In this document: positions 27,540 through 40,796 of the stretch, piece by piece
Layout: the number at the start of each line of letters is the position of its first letter
Position numbering within the stretch: the first letter of the stretch is position 1
Source: Acidimicrobiaceae bacterium
Lineage (GTDB): Bacteria; Actinomycetota; Acidimicrobiia; Acidimicrobiales; Bog-793
Length of the DNA stretch: 44,657 nucleotides
Direction: 5' to 3'
NCBI GenBank assembly: GCA_027335685.1
Contig: DAHWHN010000046.1
Coordinates: 1-44,657 of the forward strand
Translations under genes and position numbers: made by a program
The notes under the pieces: generated by a model
The model's input: the letters and a program-made list of their open reading frames with translations, nothing else
Database searches by the model: none
What the model was told of the DNA's origin: nothing

Positions 27540-29612
27540 GTGCCACCGTTCAAGGTCGTCTCCGAGTTCGAGCCCGCGGGCGACCAGCCGAAGGCGATCG
27601 CGACCCTGAGCGCGGGGCTCGACCGCGGCGAGCGCTACCAGACCCTGCTCGGCATCACGGGGAGCGGCAAGAGCGCGACGATCGCGTGGACGATCGAGCA
27701 CGCGCAGCGCCCGACCCTCGTGCTCGCGCCCAACAAGTCCCTCGCCGCCCAGCTCGCCGGCGAGTTCCGCGAGTTCTTCCCGGACAACCGCGTCGAGTAC
27801 TTCGTCTCGTACTACGACTACTACCAGCCCGAGGCGTACATCCCGACGACCGACACCTACATCGAGAAGGACTCGTCGATCAACGACGAGATCGACCGGC
27901 TGCGGCACTCGACGACCGCGAGCCTGCTGACGCGGCGGGACGTCATCGTCGTCGCGTCGGTCTCGTGCATCTACGGCCTCGGCTCCCCCGAGGAGTACCA
28001 GGGCCGGATCGTCGTCGTCCATCCCGGCGAGACCCACGACCAGCGGGCCCTGCTCCGCCAGCTCGTCGAGCTCCAGTACGAGCGGAACGACGCGAACCTC
28101 GTCCGGGGGAGGTTCCGAGTCCGGGGTGACACGATCGAGCTCCATCCCGCCTACGAGGAGACAGCCGTGCGCGTCGAGCTCTTCGGCGACGAGGTCGAGC
28201 GGATCACGCGCTTCGACGCGCTGACGGGGGAGATCATCGGCGAGCTCGAGGAGCTCGTCGTGTTCCCGGCCACCCACTACGTCGCGGGCGACGAGCGGCT
28301 CCGGCGCGCGATCGGGACGATCGAGGCCGAGCTCGGGGAGCGTCTACGCGAGCTCGAGGGCGAGGGCAAGCTCCTCGAGGCCCAGCGCCTGCGGATGCGG
28401 ACCGAGCACGACCTCGAGATGCTCGCCGAGGTCGGGCACTGCTCGGGCATCGAGAACTACAGCCGTCACCTCGACGGTCGCCGTCCGGGCGAGGCGCCGT
28501 TCACCCTGCTCGACTACTTCCCGAAGGACTGGTTGCTCGTCCTCGACGAGAGCCACGTCTCGGTACCTCAGCTCCACGGCCAGTACGCGGGCGACCGCTC
28601 GCGCAAGGAGATGCTCGTCGAGCACGGCTTCCGCCTGCCCTCGGCGATGGACAACAGGCCGCTTCGCTTCGAGGAGCTCGAGGAGCGGATCAACCAGTGC
28701 ATCTTCATGTCCGCGACGCCGTCGCCCTACGAGCTGTCCGTCTCGACCGTCGTCGCCGAGCAGATCGTCCGGCCGACCGGGCTCGTCGACCCCGAGGTCG
28801 TCGTGAAGCCGACCAAGCACCAGATCGACGACCTGATCGTCGAGATCGAGAAGACGACGGCGCGCAGCGAGCGCGTGCTCGTCACGACGCTCACGAAGAA
28901 GATGGCCGAGGACCTCTCGGACTACCTGCTCGAGTCGGGGCTGAAGGTCCGCTACCTCCACTCGAACGTCGACACGATCGAGCGGATCGAGATCGTGCGC
29001 GACCTGCGCCTCGGGGAGTTCGACGTGCTCGTCGGGATCAACTTGCTGCGCGAGGGGCTCGACCTGCCCGAGGTCTCGCTCGTCGCGATCCTCGACGCTG
29101 ACAAGGAAGGCTTTCTCCGCTCCTCGACCTCGCTCATCCAGACGATGGGCCGGGCCGCGCGCAACGTCTCGGGGCGGGTCGTGCTCTACGCCGACACGAT
29201 CACGGACTCGATGCGCGCGGCGATGTCGGTGACCGAGCGGCGTCGGGAGGTCCAGCGCGCGTACAACCTCGAGCACGGCATCGACCCGCAGACGATCCGC
29301 AAGGCCGTCACGGACCTCGTCGCCCAGTTCCGCTCGGCCGCGGGCACGGGCGACCTCGTCGGCGAGCCGGGCGCGCCGCTGCCGGCGGCTCGCTCGGACC
29401 GGTCGCGCCGCGCGGGCCGCCGAGCGGCCGAGCACGCGGGGGCCGCCCTTCCCGAGCGTCCGGGGGATCTGCCCGCCGACGAGCTCGGCCGGCTCGTCGC
29501 GACGCTCGAGGCCGAGATGCACCAGGCAGCGGCCGAGCTGCGCTTCGAGTACGCAGCTCGGCTGCGCGACGAGGTCAAGTCGTTGCGACGAGAGCTGCGG
29601 GAGGTCTCCTGA
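27540..29612 (+). CDS. uvrB: Excinuclease ABC subunit B
   Basis: [46 protein letters not shown]-terminal UVR domain; GTG 6 nt after TACGAT. Confidence 0.98.
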   Translation: MPPFKVVSEFEPAGDQPKAIATLSAGLDRGERYQTLLGITGSGKSATIAWTIEHAQRPTLVLAPNKSLAAQLAGEFREFFPDNRVEYFVSYYDYYQPEAYIPTTDTYIEKDSSINDEIDRLRHSTTASLLTRRDVIVVASVSCIYGLGSPEEYQGRIVVVHPGETHDQRALLRQLVELQYERNDANLVRGRFRVRGDTIELHPAYEETAVRVELFGDEVERITRFDALTGEIIGELEELVVFPATHYVAGDERLRRAIGTIEAELGERLRELEGEGKLLEAQRLRMRTEHDLEMLAEVGHCSGIENYSRHLDGRRPGEAPFTLLDYFPKDWLLVLDESHVSVPQLHGQYAGDRSRKEMLVEHGFRLPSAMDNRPLRFEELEERINQCIFMSATPSPYELSVSTVVAEQIVRPTGLVDPEVVVKPTKHQIDDLIVEIEKTTARSERVLVTTLTKKMAEDLSDYLLESGLKVRYLHSNVDTIERIEIVRDLRLGEFDVLVGINLLREGLDLPEVSLVAILDADKEGFLRSSTSLIQTMGRAARNVSGRVVLYADTITDSMRAAMSVTERRREVQRAYNLEHGIDPQTIRKAVTDLVAQFRSAAGTGDLVGEPGAPLPAARSDRSRRAGRRAAEHAGAALPERPGDLPADELGRLVATLEAEMHQAAAELRFEYAARLRDEVKSLRRELREVS

Positions 29613-29623
29613 GCGCCGCCAGG

Positions 29624-32470
<2,847 letters not shown>

Positions 32471-32476
32471 TCCGCG

Positions 32477-32734
32477 GTGTCGAAGCTCCAGCTCGACCTC
32501 CACGACGTCTACAACCGCGGCCACGACATCGACCGGGCGCTGCGTGCGGTCATGGACGAGGCCGTGCGGATCCACGCGACGACGGTCGAGATCATCCCCG
32601 GCAAAGGGTCCGGTCAGTTGAAAAAGCACGTCCTGCGCTTCCTCGCGCAAGACGACATCCGCCCGCTGTACCACCGCGTCGAGAAGGACTCGCGCAACTG
32701 GGGGCGGCTCGTCGTCCACTTCCGCTGGAGGTAG
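32477..32734 (+). CDS. Standalone Smr (small MutS-related) domain protein
   Basis: LDLH...VEIIPGKGSGQLKKHVLRFL...NWGRLVVHF; 85 aa. Confidence 0.85.
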   Translation: MSKLQLDLHDVYNRGHDIDRALRAVMDEAVRIHATTVEIIPGKGSGQLKKHVLRFLAQDDIRPLYHRVEKDSRNWGRLVVHFRWR

Positions 32735-32806
32735 CGCCGGACCCGCGCCGGCGAGCGCGCGGGTCCGACCCGGTCCGGAGACCGGGCGCAGTACCCTTTG
32801 GGTGCC

Positions 32807-34687
32807 GTGTTGGAGCGCCCGCAGGCCATCCCCGATGCTCCGGGGTCCTATCAGTTCAAAGATGCCGACGGCAGGATCATCTACGTCGGCAAGGCGCGCT
32901 CGTTGCGCAGCCGCCTCTCGAGCTACTTCCAGCAGCCCGGCGCGCTCCACCCGCGCACCGCCCAGATGATGGAGCGTGCGGCCTCGGTCGAGTGGATCCA
33001 GGTGCGCAGCGACGTCGAGGCGCTCATGCTCGAGTACAACCTCATCAAGACGCACCGGCCGCGGTTCAACGTCCGGCTCGTCGACGACAAGAGCTACCCC
33101 TTCCTCGCCGTGACGGTCGAGGACCCGTGGCCGCGGGCGACGGTCATGCGGGGCGCGAAGCGCAAGGGCACCCGGTACTTCGGCCCGTACGCGCACGCCT
33201 GGGCGATCCGCGAGACGCTCGACCTGCTGCTCCGGTCGTTCCCGATCCGCACCTGCTCGGACGCGAAGATGCGGCGCCACGAGCGTCTCGGCCGACCGTG
33301 CCTGCTCCACCACATCGAGCGGTGCTCGGGCCCGTGCGTCGGCGCGGTCGACGCAGAGGAGTACCGCCGGGCGGTCGAGGAGCTCATGGCCTTCCTCGAC
33401 GGCGACACGGCGCCGATCGTCTCCCGGCTCGACGAGCAGATGCGGCAGGCGTCGGACGCGCTCGAGTACGAGCGGGCCGCTCGGCTTCGCGACCAGCTCG
33501 CCTCGGTGCGGCTCGCGAGCGAGCGCCAGGAGATGGTCGCCGACTCGGGCGAGGACATCGACGTCGTCGGCGTCGCGGAGAACGAGCTCGAAGCGGCCGT
33601 CCAGGTGCTCCACGTCCGCCGCGGGCGCGTCGTCGGCCGCCAGGGCTTCGTGCTCGAAAAGGTCGAGCCGCTCGAGCCGGCCGGGCTCGTCGCTCGCATC
33701 CTCGAGCAGCAGTATCTCGAGACGCCGCTCGGCTACCCGCGCGAGGTGCTCGTGCCCGCCCTGCCCGACGAGCTCGCGACTTACGAGGCCTTCCTCGCCG
33801 AGCGTCGGGGTGGGCGGGTCGCGGTGCGCGTCCCGTTGCGCGGCCGGCGCCGGGCGCTGCTCGACGTCGCACGGGCCAACGCCGCCGAGCAGCTCCAGCG
33901 GCATGCGATGCGGCGGGCGAGCGACCTCACGACACGGGCGTCTGCCCTCGAGGAGCTGAAGGGCTACCTCGGGCTGCCCGACGCGCCGCTGCGGATCGAG
34001 TGCTACGACATGAGCCATCTCCAGGGGAGCGACTATGTCGGCTCGATGGTCGTCATGGAGGACGGCCTGCCGAAGCGGACCGACTACCGGCGCTTCAAGG
34101 TGACGGCCGTGCAGGGCAACGACGACTACGGCGCGATGCACGAGGTGCTGACGCGGCGGCTGAAGCGCCTCGACGAGGCACCGAGGCCCTCGGCCGAGGG
34201 TCGCCCGACGCGCTTTGCCTACCCGCCGCAGCTGCTGCTCATCGACGGCGGCAAGGGCCAGCTCGGCGTGGGCGTCGAGGTGCTCGCCGAGCTCGGCCTG
34301 ACCGGGCGCGTCGAGCTCGCCGCGCTCGCGAAGCAGTTCGAGGAGGTCTTCCGGCCGGGGCGGGAGGACCCGATCCGCATCCCGCGCGACAGCGCCGCGA
34401 TCTACCTGCTCCAGCAGCTGCGGGACGAGGCGCACCGCTTCGCGATCACCTACCACCGCGAGCTGCGCCGCCGGCGCACGCACGAGGCGGCCCTCGAGGG
34501 CATCCCGGGTCTCGGCCCCGCCCGCCAGCGCCGTCTGCTCGCCGAGCTCGGCAGCGTCGCGAAGGTGCGGGCGGCGAGCCTCGCCGAGCTCGAGGCGCTG
34601 TCCTGGATGCCCGCGCCGGTCGCCTCGGCCGTCTATGCACACCTGCACCCGACGACCGCACGGTCCCCGGCGGAGCTCGCGCGGTGA
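32807..34687 (+). CDS. uvrC: Excinuclease ABC subunit C
   Basis: GIY-YIG (PGSYQF..IIYVGKARSLRSRLSSYF), Cys cluster, UVR domain, RIECYDMSH, IDGGKGQL, RDEAHRFAITYHR, HhH; start could also be 32798 or 32810. Confidence 0.97.
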   Translation: MLERPQAIPDAPGSYQFKDADGRIIYVGKARSLRSRLSSYFQQPGALHPRTAQMMERAASVEWIQVRSDVEALMLEYNLIKTHRPRFNVRLVDDKSYPFLAVTVEDPWPRATVMRGAKRKGTRYFGPYAHAWAIRETLDLLLRSFPIRTCSDAKMRRHERLGRPCLLHHIERCSGPCVGAVDAEEYRRAVEELMAFLDGDTAPIVSRLDEQMRQASDALEYERAARLRDQLASVRLASERQEMVADSGEDIDVVGVAENELEAAVQVLHVRRGRVVGRQGFVLEKVEPLEPAGLVARILEQQYLETPLGYPREVLVPALPDELATYEAFLAERRGGRVAVRVPLRGRRRALLDVARANAAEQLQRHAMRRASDLTTRASALEELKGYLGLPDAPLRIECYDMSHLQGSDYVGSMVVMEDGLPKRTDYRRFKVTAVQGNDDYGAMHEVLTRRLKRLDEAPRPSAEGRPTRFAYPPQLLLIDGGKGQLGVGVEVLAELGLTGRVELAALAKQFEEVFRPGREDPIRIPRDSAAIYLLQQLRDEAHRFAITYHRELRRRRTHEAALEGIPGLGPARQRRLLAELGSVAKVRAASLAELEALSWMPAPVASAVYAHLHPTTARSPAELAR

Positions 34688-35541
34688 GCGCCGACCCGAG
34701 GGACCCGGGGGCTGCCGAGCGGCTCGCGGTCTGGGAGCGCCACGCCGACTGGTGGCGGGAGACCTTCACCGGCGGGGCGGACCCGGAGTACGAGAACGAG
34801 ATCCTGCCGAGCATCGCGGCGGAGCTCTCTCGCGCGACGCGGGTCCTCGACCTCGGCTGCGGGGAGGGCCAGGTCGCCCGCTACGTGCTCGCGTCGGGGC
34901 TCGCGGCCTGCGGGCTCGTCGGCTGCGACCGGTCGGCGGCCCAGCTCGCGAACGCCCAGCTCGCCGATGCCCAGCTCGCGGGCTCCCCGGCGCCGGTCTA
35001 CGTCCGCGGGGAAGGGGAGCGCCTGCCGTTCGCGGCCGGGAGCTTCGACGCGGTGCTGTGCGCGCTCGTCATCGAGCACGCCGAGGACGTCGACGCCGTC
35101 CTCGGCGAGGTCGCCCGGGTGCTCGCGCCCGGTGGGCGCTTCGTGCTCCTCGTCAACCACCCGCTCCTGCAGGGATCGGGGAGCGGGATCGTCGACGACC
35201 GGATCCTCGGCGAGACCTACTGGCGGGTGGGGCCGTACCTCGACGAGGTCGTGACGTGGGAGGACGTCGACGCGGGCGTGAGGATCCCGTTCGCGCACCG
35301 GCCGCTGTCGCGCTATGTCAACCCGCTCGCCGAGCGCGACCTTGTCTGCACCCCCATGCTCGAGCCCGCGCCGCCCGCGGAGCTGCTCGCGGGCTCGGTC
35401 GACCCCGACCTCGAGCGGGCCATCCCCCGGCTGCTCGTCATGCGCTTCGAGCACCGGCCCGCGCTTCCGGTTGCGCCGGCGGCGAGCTGCGCGCCCGACG
35501 CGTGCGATGATCAGGAGGGGAGGTCGTCGCGTCGTGGCTGA
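34684..35541 (+). CDS. Class I SAM-dependent methyltransferase
   Basis: VLDLGCGEGQ, LPFAAGSFDAV, EVARVLAPGGRF..NHP; GTGA overlap with the uvrC stop. Confidence 0.88.
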   Translation: MSADPRDPGAAERLAVWERHADWWRETFTGGADPEYENEILPSIAAELSRATRVLDLGCGEGQVARYVLASGLAACGLVGCDRSAAQLANAQLADAQLAGSPAPVYVRGEGERLPFAAGSFDAVLCALVIEHAEDVDAVLGEVARVLAPGGRFVLLVNHPLLQGSGSGIVDDRILGETYWRVGPYLDEVVTWEDVDAGVRIPFAHRPLSRYVNPLAERDLVCTPMLEPAPPAELLAGSVDPDLERAIPRLLVMRFEHRPALPVAPAASCAPDACDDQEGRSSRRG

Positions 35542-36388
35542 GTACCTGATCGTCACGGGTCTGTCGGGCGCGGGCCGATCCAGTGCGGCAGCCGACCTCG
35601 AGGACCTCGGCTGGTTCGTGATCGACAACCTCCCGCCGGCGCTCGTCGGCAAGCTGTCCGAGCTGACGTCCGGTCCGGGCGCCGACCTCGACCGCTTCTG
35701 CTTCGTCGCCGGCCGGGGCGGCGCGGACACCGTCGGGGAGTGGTCGACGGCGATCGCGTCCCTGCGCGCCAGCGGCGCGCGCGTCCGGGTGCTGTTCCTC
35801 GACGCGTCCGACGACGTGCTCGTGCGCCGGTTCGAGGGGACGCGGCGGCGTCACCCCGTCGAGGCCGACGGGGTGCTCGGCGCGATCCGCAGCGAGCGTC
35901 GCCTGCTCGGGCCGATGCGCGACGACGCCGACATCGTCCTCGACACGACCGAGATGAACGTCCACGAGCTGCGGACACGGCTCGTCGAGCTCGTCGCCGG
36001 CAGCGAGGCGGCCGGTGCGATGGAGACGTCGGTCGTGTCGTTCGGCTACAAGCACGGGATCCCGCTCGACGTCGACCTGGTGCTCGACTGCCGCTTCCTG
36101 CCCAACCCGCACTGGATCCCGGACTTGCGTGAGCACACCGGGCTCGACGACGACGTGCGGCGCTACGTCCTCGACCAGCCCGAGGCGGCCGAGTTCCTCG
36201 CGCGCCTCGAGGACCTGCTCACGTTCCTGCTCCCCGCGTACGCCCGGGAGGGCAAGTCCTACCTGTCGATCGCGATCGGCTGCACGGGCGGCCACCACCG
36301 CTCGGTCGCGGTCGCCGAGGAGCTCGCGTCGCGCATCCGCCGGCACGGGTTCGACCCGGTCGTGCACCACCGGGACATCGGGCGGTGA
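35534..36388 (+). CDS. rapZ: RNase adapter RapZ-like P-loop protein
   Basis: VTGLSGAGRS, DNLPP, RRRHP, SFGYKHGIP, DCRFLPNPHW, IGCTGGHHRSV. Confidence 0.95.
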   Translation: MAEYLIVTGLSGAGRSSAAADLEDLGWFVIDNLPPALVGKLSELTSGPGADLDRFCFVAGRGGADTVGEWSTAIASLRASGARVRVLFLDASDDVLVRRFEGTRRRHPVEADGVLGAIRSERRLLGPMRDDADIVLDTTEMNVHELRTRLVELVAGSEAAGAMETSVVSFGYKHGIPLDVDLVLDCRFLPNPHWIPDLREHTGLDDDVRRYVLDQPEAAEFLARLEDLLTFLLPAYAREGKSYLSIAIGCTGGHHRSVAVAEELASRIRRHGFDPVVHHRDIGR

Positions 36389-37260
36389 ACGACGGCGGCC
36401 CCGCCGTCGTCGCGATCGGCGGCGGGCACGGGCTCGCCGCGACCCTGACGGCGGTCCGCTGCTACGCGTCGGCGGTCACGGCGGTCGTGTCGGTTGCCGA
36501 CGACGGCGGCTCGAGCGGGAGGCTCCGGCAGCTGCTCGGCATCCCCGCGCCCGGCGACCTGCGCAAGTGCCTCGGCGCGCTCGTCGCCGAGCGCTCGATC
36601 CTCGCTGACGCGCTCGAGCACCGGTTCGCGGGTGCGGGCGAGCTCGACGGGCACGCGTTCGGCAACCTACTGATCGCCGCCCTCGCGAGCACCGCAGGCA
36701 GCTTCGTCGACGCGATGCGCGAGGCGTGCCGCCTGCTCGGCACCGTGGGCCCCGTGCTCCCCGCGACGACGGTGCCGGTCGTGTTGACGGCCGAGGCGGC
36801 CGGTTGCGAGCTCGAGGGCCAGGTCCGGATCATGGCCAGCTCGGGCATCACCCGCGTCTCGCTCGTGCCGGAGGACGCCGAGGTGCCCGAGGCGGTGACC
36901 GCGGCGATCGCCTCGGCCGACCAGGTCGTCGTCGGTCCGGGCTCGCTCTACACGAGCGTGCTCGCCGCGCTCGCGCCCGCGCCGATCCGCCACGCGCTCC
37001 GATCGAGCGGCGCGCGCGTCGTCTACGTCTGCAACCTGCGCGAGCAGCCGCCCGAGACGGCGGGCTACGACGTCGGCGACCACCTGCGCGCGTTGCGCGC
37101 GCACGGCGTCGACCCGGACTGGGTCGTGGCGGACCCGGAGGCGATCGCGGTCGGCGAGCTCGCGGGCGGCCCCCGGTTGTGGACCGGTCGCCTCGCCGCG
37201 CCCGGCGGTGCCGTGCACGACCCGGTCCTGCTCTGCGGGGCGTTGCGCAGCTGCGACTGA
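36385..37260 (+). CDS. yvcK: YvcK/GlmR (CofD-like) UDP-GlcNAc-binding protein
   Basis: IGGGHGL, VSVADDGGSSGRLR, PGDLRKCL, GHAFGNL, GPGSLYTSV, HDP. Confidence 0.93.
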   Translation: MNDGGPAVVAIGGGHGLAATLTAVRCYASAVTAVVSVADDGGSSGRLRQLLGIPAPGDLRKCLGALVAERSILADALEHRFAGAGELDGHAFGNLLIAALASTAGSFVDAMREACRLLGTVGPVLPATTVPVVLTAEAAGCELEGQVRIMASSGITRVSLVPEDAEVPEAVTAAIASADQVVVGPGSLYTSVLAALAPAPIRHALRSSGARVVYVCNLREQPPETAGYDVGDHLRALRAHGVDPDWVVADPEAIAVGELAGGPRLWTGRLAAPGGAVHDPVLLCGALRSCD

Positions 37261-37464
37261 GCCTCGGTTGGCTCTGCCCAGGCGGTCGGCCACCGCTGGC
37301 CGCCACCGCTGGCCGCCACCGCTCGGTCGGCCACAAGGTGACGCCGGGAGCCGGGAGCCGGGTTGCGTATCGCGGCCCGCGTGGGCGAGATTGTCTGGGC
37401 CGGTGCGGGGGCTGGCACGGGGCGCGTCGCGCGCCGCGTCCGACGAGATCGAGGTGGTGTCGGT

Positions 37465-38481
37465 ATGACCGTGCGTGTCGCAGTGAACGGATTTGGCCGG
37501 ATCGGACGGAACTTCCTGCGGGCCGCGCGGGGATCGGGTGCCGACGTCGAGATCGTGGCGATCAACGACCTCGTCTCGGTCGAGGCGAACGCGCACCTGC
37601 TCCGCTACGACTCGACGCACGGACGCTTCGGCGGCGAGGTCGCGGTCTCCGAGCGCGGCCTCGTGGTCGACGGCCGGGAGATCGCCGTCTACGCGGAGCG
37701 CGAGCCTGCGAAGCTGCCCTGGGGCGACTTGGGTGTCGACGTCGTGATCGAGTCGACGGGTCGCTTCACCAAGCGGGCCGCCGCCGCAGCGCACCTCGAC
37801 GCCGGGGCGGTGCGTGTCATCGTGTCGGCACCGTCCGACGACTCCGACGCGACGTTCGTCGTCGGGGTGAACGACGACACCTACGACCCCGCGAAGCACG
37901 TGATCGTCTCGAACGCGTCGTGCACGACGAACTGCTTCGTCCCGATGGTCAAGGTCCTCGACGACGCCTTCACGGTGCGCCACGGACTCATGACGACCGT
38001 GCACGCCTACACCAACGACCAGGAGCTGCTCGACCTCGCGCGGGACAACCTCCGACGGGCGCGCGCCGCTGCGGTCAACATCGTGCCGACCTCGACGGGC
38101 GCGGCGCGCGCGACAGGGCTGGTCCTGCAGGCCATGCGGGGCAAGCTCGACGGGACGTCGCTGCGGGTCCCGGTGAAGGACGGCTCGATCACGGACTTCA
38201 CCGCGATCGTCGGGGCGGAGGTCGACGCCGCGGCGGTCAAGGCCGCCTTCAAGGCGGCGGCGACGGCAGGACCGCTCGCGAAGGTCCTCGACTACAGCGA
38301 CGAGCCGCTCGTCTCGAGCGACATCGTCGGCTCGCCGGCGTCGTGCACCTTCGACGCCGAGCTCACGATGGCCCTCCGGCTCGGCGACGGCACGACGCTC
38401 GTCAAGGCCTTCGGCTGGTACGACAACGAGTGGGGCTACGCGAGCCGGCTGGTCGACCTCGCCGTCACGATGGGCGCCTGA
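37465..38481 (+). CDS. gap: Glyceraldehyde-3-phosphate dehydrogenase
   Basis: VNGFGRIGR, ESTGRF, SNASCTTNC, PTSTGAA, WYDNEWGY; SD GAGGTGG. Confidence 0.98.
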   Translation: MTVRVAVNGFGRIGRNFLRAARGSGADVEIVAINDLVSVEANAHLLRYDSTHGRFGGEVAVSERGLVVDGREIAVYAEREPAKLPWGDLGVDVVIESTGRFTKRAAAAAHLDAGAVRVIVSAPSDDSDATFVVGVNDDTYDPAKHVIVSNASCTTNCFVPMVKVLDDAFTVRHGLMTTVHAYTNDQELLDLARDNLRRARAAAVNIVPTSTGAARATGLVLQAMRGKLDGTSLRVPVKDGSITDFTAIVGAEVDAAAVKAAFKAAATAGPLAKVLDYSDEPLVSSDIVGSPASCTFDAELTMALRLGDGTTLVKAFGWYDNEWGYASRLVDLAVTMGA

Positions 38482-39644
38482 TGGGCACCCGCCTGCCACT
38501 GCTCGAGGACCTCCCGGACGTCGCGGGCAAGAAGGTCCTGCTGCGCGCCGACTTCAACGTCCCGGTCGCAACCGCGCCGGACGGCTCGCAGACCATCACG
38601 GACGACTACCGGATCACCTCGACGCTCCCGACGATCGAGTGGCTGCGCAGCCACGGCGCGGACGTCACGGTCTGCACGCATCTCGGCCGCCCCGAGGGCC
38701 GGCCGGACCCCGCCTTCTCCCTCGACCCGGTGCGCGCGCGCCTCGAGGAGCTCGCGCCGGGGGTCCGGCTGCTCGAGAACCTGCGGTTCTCGCCAGGCGA
38801 GGAGGCCAACGACCCGGCCTTTGTCGACATGCTCGTCGAGGGCCAGGACCTGTACGTCAACGACGCGTTCGCGGTCTCGCACCGCGCGCACGCGTCGGTC
38901 GTCGGCCCGCCCGCGCGCCTGCCGTCGGCGGCGGGTCGTCTCCTCGCGCGCGAGGCCGAGGTCCTCTCGGGGCTCCTCGACGCGCCGGAGCGGCCATTCG
39001 TCGCGATCGTCGGGGGCGCGAAGATCGGCGACAAGCTCGGCGTGCTGCGCGCGCTGTCGGCCAAGGTCGACGTGCTCGTCGTCGGCGGTGGCATGAGCTA
39101 CACGTTCTTCAAGGCGCTCGGTCACGAGGTCGGCGCATCGCTGCTCGACGAGCGGCACCTCGCCTCCTGCGCCGAGCTGCTCGCCGGTGACGTCGAGGTC
39201 CTGCTCCCGCTCGACGTCGTCGCCCTGGCCCCGGGGTCGCACATCCACCGCGGCCAGCCGGCGCCCGACGGCGAGCGCACGGAGGTCTACGGCCGCGACA
39301 TCCCCGACGGCTGGGAGGCGGCCGACATCGGGCCGGAGACCCGCCGCCGCTACGCGGAGGTGATCGCGACGGCGCGCACCGTGCTGTGGAACGGGCCGAT
39401 GGGTGCGTTCGAGGACGAGCGGCTGTCGGCCGGGACCCGCGCCGTCGCCGAGGCGGTCGCCGCGTGCCCGGGCTTCACGGTCGCCGGTGGCGGGGACTCG
39501 GTCGCCGCGATCAACAGCTACGGGCTCGCGGACCGCATCGACCACGTCTCGTCCGGGGGAGGCGCCTCACTCGAGCTGATCGAGCTCGGCGACCTCCCGG
39601 GGCTCGCGGCCCTGCGCGCCGCGTCGAACGCGCCGCGCGCGTGA
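38481..39644 (+). CDS. pgk: Phosphoglycerate kinase
   Basis: RADFNVP, HLGRP, LLENLRF, VNDAF..HRAHAS, GGAKI.DK, WNGPMG.FE, GGGDS, GGGASLE. Confidence 0.97.
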   Translation: MGTRLPLLEDLPDVAGKKVLLRADFNVPVATAPDGSQTITDDYRITSTLPTIEWLRSHGADVTVCTHLGRPEGRPDPAFSLDPVRARLEELAPGVRLLENLRFSPGEEANDPAFVDMLVEGQDLYVNDAFAVSHRAHASVVGPPARLPSAAGRLLAREAEVLSGLLDAPERPFVAIVGGAKIGDKLGVLRALSAKVDVLVVGGGMSYTFFKALGHEVGASLLDERHLASCAELLAGDVEVLLPLDVVALAPGSHIHRGQPAPDGERTEVYGRDIPDGWEAADIGPETRRRYAEVIATARTVLWNGPMGAFEDERLSAGTRAVAEAVAACPGFTVAGGGDSVAAINSYGLADRIDHVSSGGGASLELIELGDLPGLAALRAASNAPRA

Positions 39645-39654
39645 CGGCCGCGCG

Positions 39655-40452
39655 ATGAGCCCCGCGGCGGTGTCCGATCCCGGCCGGACCGTGCTTGTGA
39701 GCGGTAACTGGAAGATGAACGAGAACCACTTCGAGGCTCTCCGGCTCGTCCAGGAGCTCGCCGCGATGCTGCGCGTCTCGGGCGTGCCGGACGGCCGCGA
39801 GGTGAGCATCCACCCGCCGTTCACCTCGCTCCGCACGGTGCAGACGGCCGTCGAGACCGACAAGGTGCCGGTCGCGCTCGGTGCGCAGAGCTGCCACCAC
39901 GAGATGCGGGGCGCGTTCACCGGCGAGGTGAGCGCGGAGATGCTCGCGAAGCTCAACGTCGCCTACGTCATCGCCGGGCACTCCGAGCGCCGGATGCACT
40001 GCGGCGAGACCGACGCCCTCGTCCGGGCCAAGGTCGACGCGATCCTCGTCCAGGGGATGCGGCCGATCGTCTGCGTCGGCGAGGTGCTCGAGCAGCGCCA
40101 GAGCGGCCAGGCCGAGCCCCACGTCCGCCGCCAGGTGCTCGACGCGCTCTCCGGGCGTTCGGCCGAGACGATCGGCAGCGTCGTCATCGCCTACGAGCCG
40201 ATCTGGGCGATCGGGACCGGCGAGACGGCGAGCGTCGAGGACGCGGAGCAGATGTGCGCGGTCATCCGCGACGAGGTCGCGAAGCTCGCCGGGCCCGGTG
40301 CCGCGGCGTCCGTGCGCATCCAGTATGGCGGGTCCGTGACGCCGGAGAGCGCGGGAGGCCTGCTCGACGCGGACAACATCGACGGCCTGCTCGTCGGCGG
40401 TGCGAGCCTCGACGCGGAGCGGTTCGTCTCGATCGTGCGGGCCACGAGGTGA
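39655..40452 (+). CDS. tpiA: Triosephosphate isomerase
   Basis: GNWKMN, GAFTGEVS, GHSERR, AYEPIWAIGTG, YGGSV, LVGGASL. Confidence 0.98.
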   Translation: MSPAAVSDPGRTVLVSGNWKMNENHFEALRLVQELAAMLRVSGVPDGREVSIHPPFTSLRTVQTAVETDKVPVALGAQSCHHEMRGAFTGEVSAEMLAKLNVAYVIAGHSERRMHCGETDALVRAKVDAILVQGMRPIVCVGEVLEQRQSGQAEPHVRRQVLDALSGRSAETIGSVVIAYEPIWAIGTGETASVEDAEQMCAVIRDEVAKLAGPGAAASVRIQYGGSVTPESAGGLLDADNIDGLLVGGASLDAERFVSIVRATR

Positions 40453-40565
40453 GCACGCCCCGGCTCGCAGGGCGAGGACGGCGCCGGGAGCGGGGCTGCT
40501 AGCCTGCGTCGGTTGTCCGGCGCCCGGGGGGTCGACGCGCCGGCGCCGTCTCGGGAGGTGACGCC

Positions 40566-40796
40566 GTGTTGACCGACATCCTTGTGGGCATCGAAGTGGC
40601 TTCGTCGTTCGGGCTCGTGCTGCTGATCCTGCTCCACAGCGGTCGCGGCGGCGGGCTCTCGGACATGTTCGGGTCCTCGGTCGGCTCCGCGGCTGCGGGG
40701 TCGACCGTGGCCGAGCGCAACCTCGACCGGCTCACCGTCACCGTCGCCGTCGTGTTCGCCTTCACGTCGGTCATCATCGGCCTGCGGTGGGGCTGA
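40566..40796 (+). CDS. secG: Preprotein translocase subunit SecG
   Basis: LILLHSGRGGGLSDMFG...AERNLDRLT, two transmembrane segments; follows tpiA; SD GGAGGTG. Confidence 0.95.
   Translation: MLTDILVGIEVASSFGLVLLILLHSGRGGGLSDMFGSSVGSAAAGSTVAERNLDRLTVTVAVVFAFTSVIIGLRWG

Noticed and set aside
27461-27540. SOS box or PafBC-type promoter upstream of uvrB, uvrC or polA
   Set aside because: No GAAC-N4-GTTC and no correctly spaced TGTCGG-N10-TANNNT was seen.
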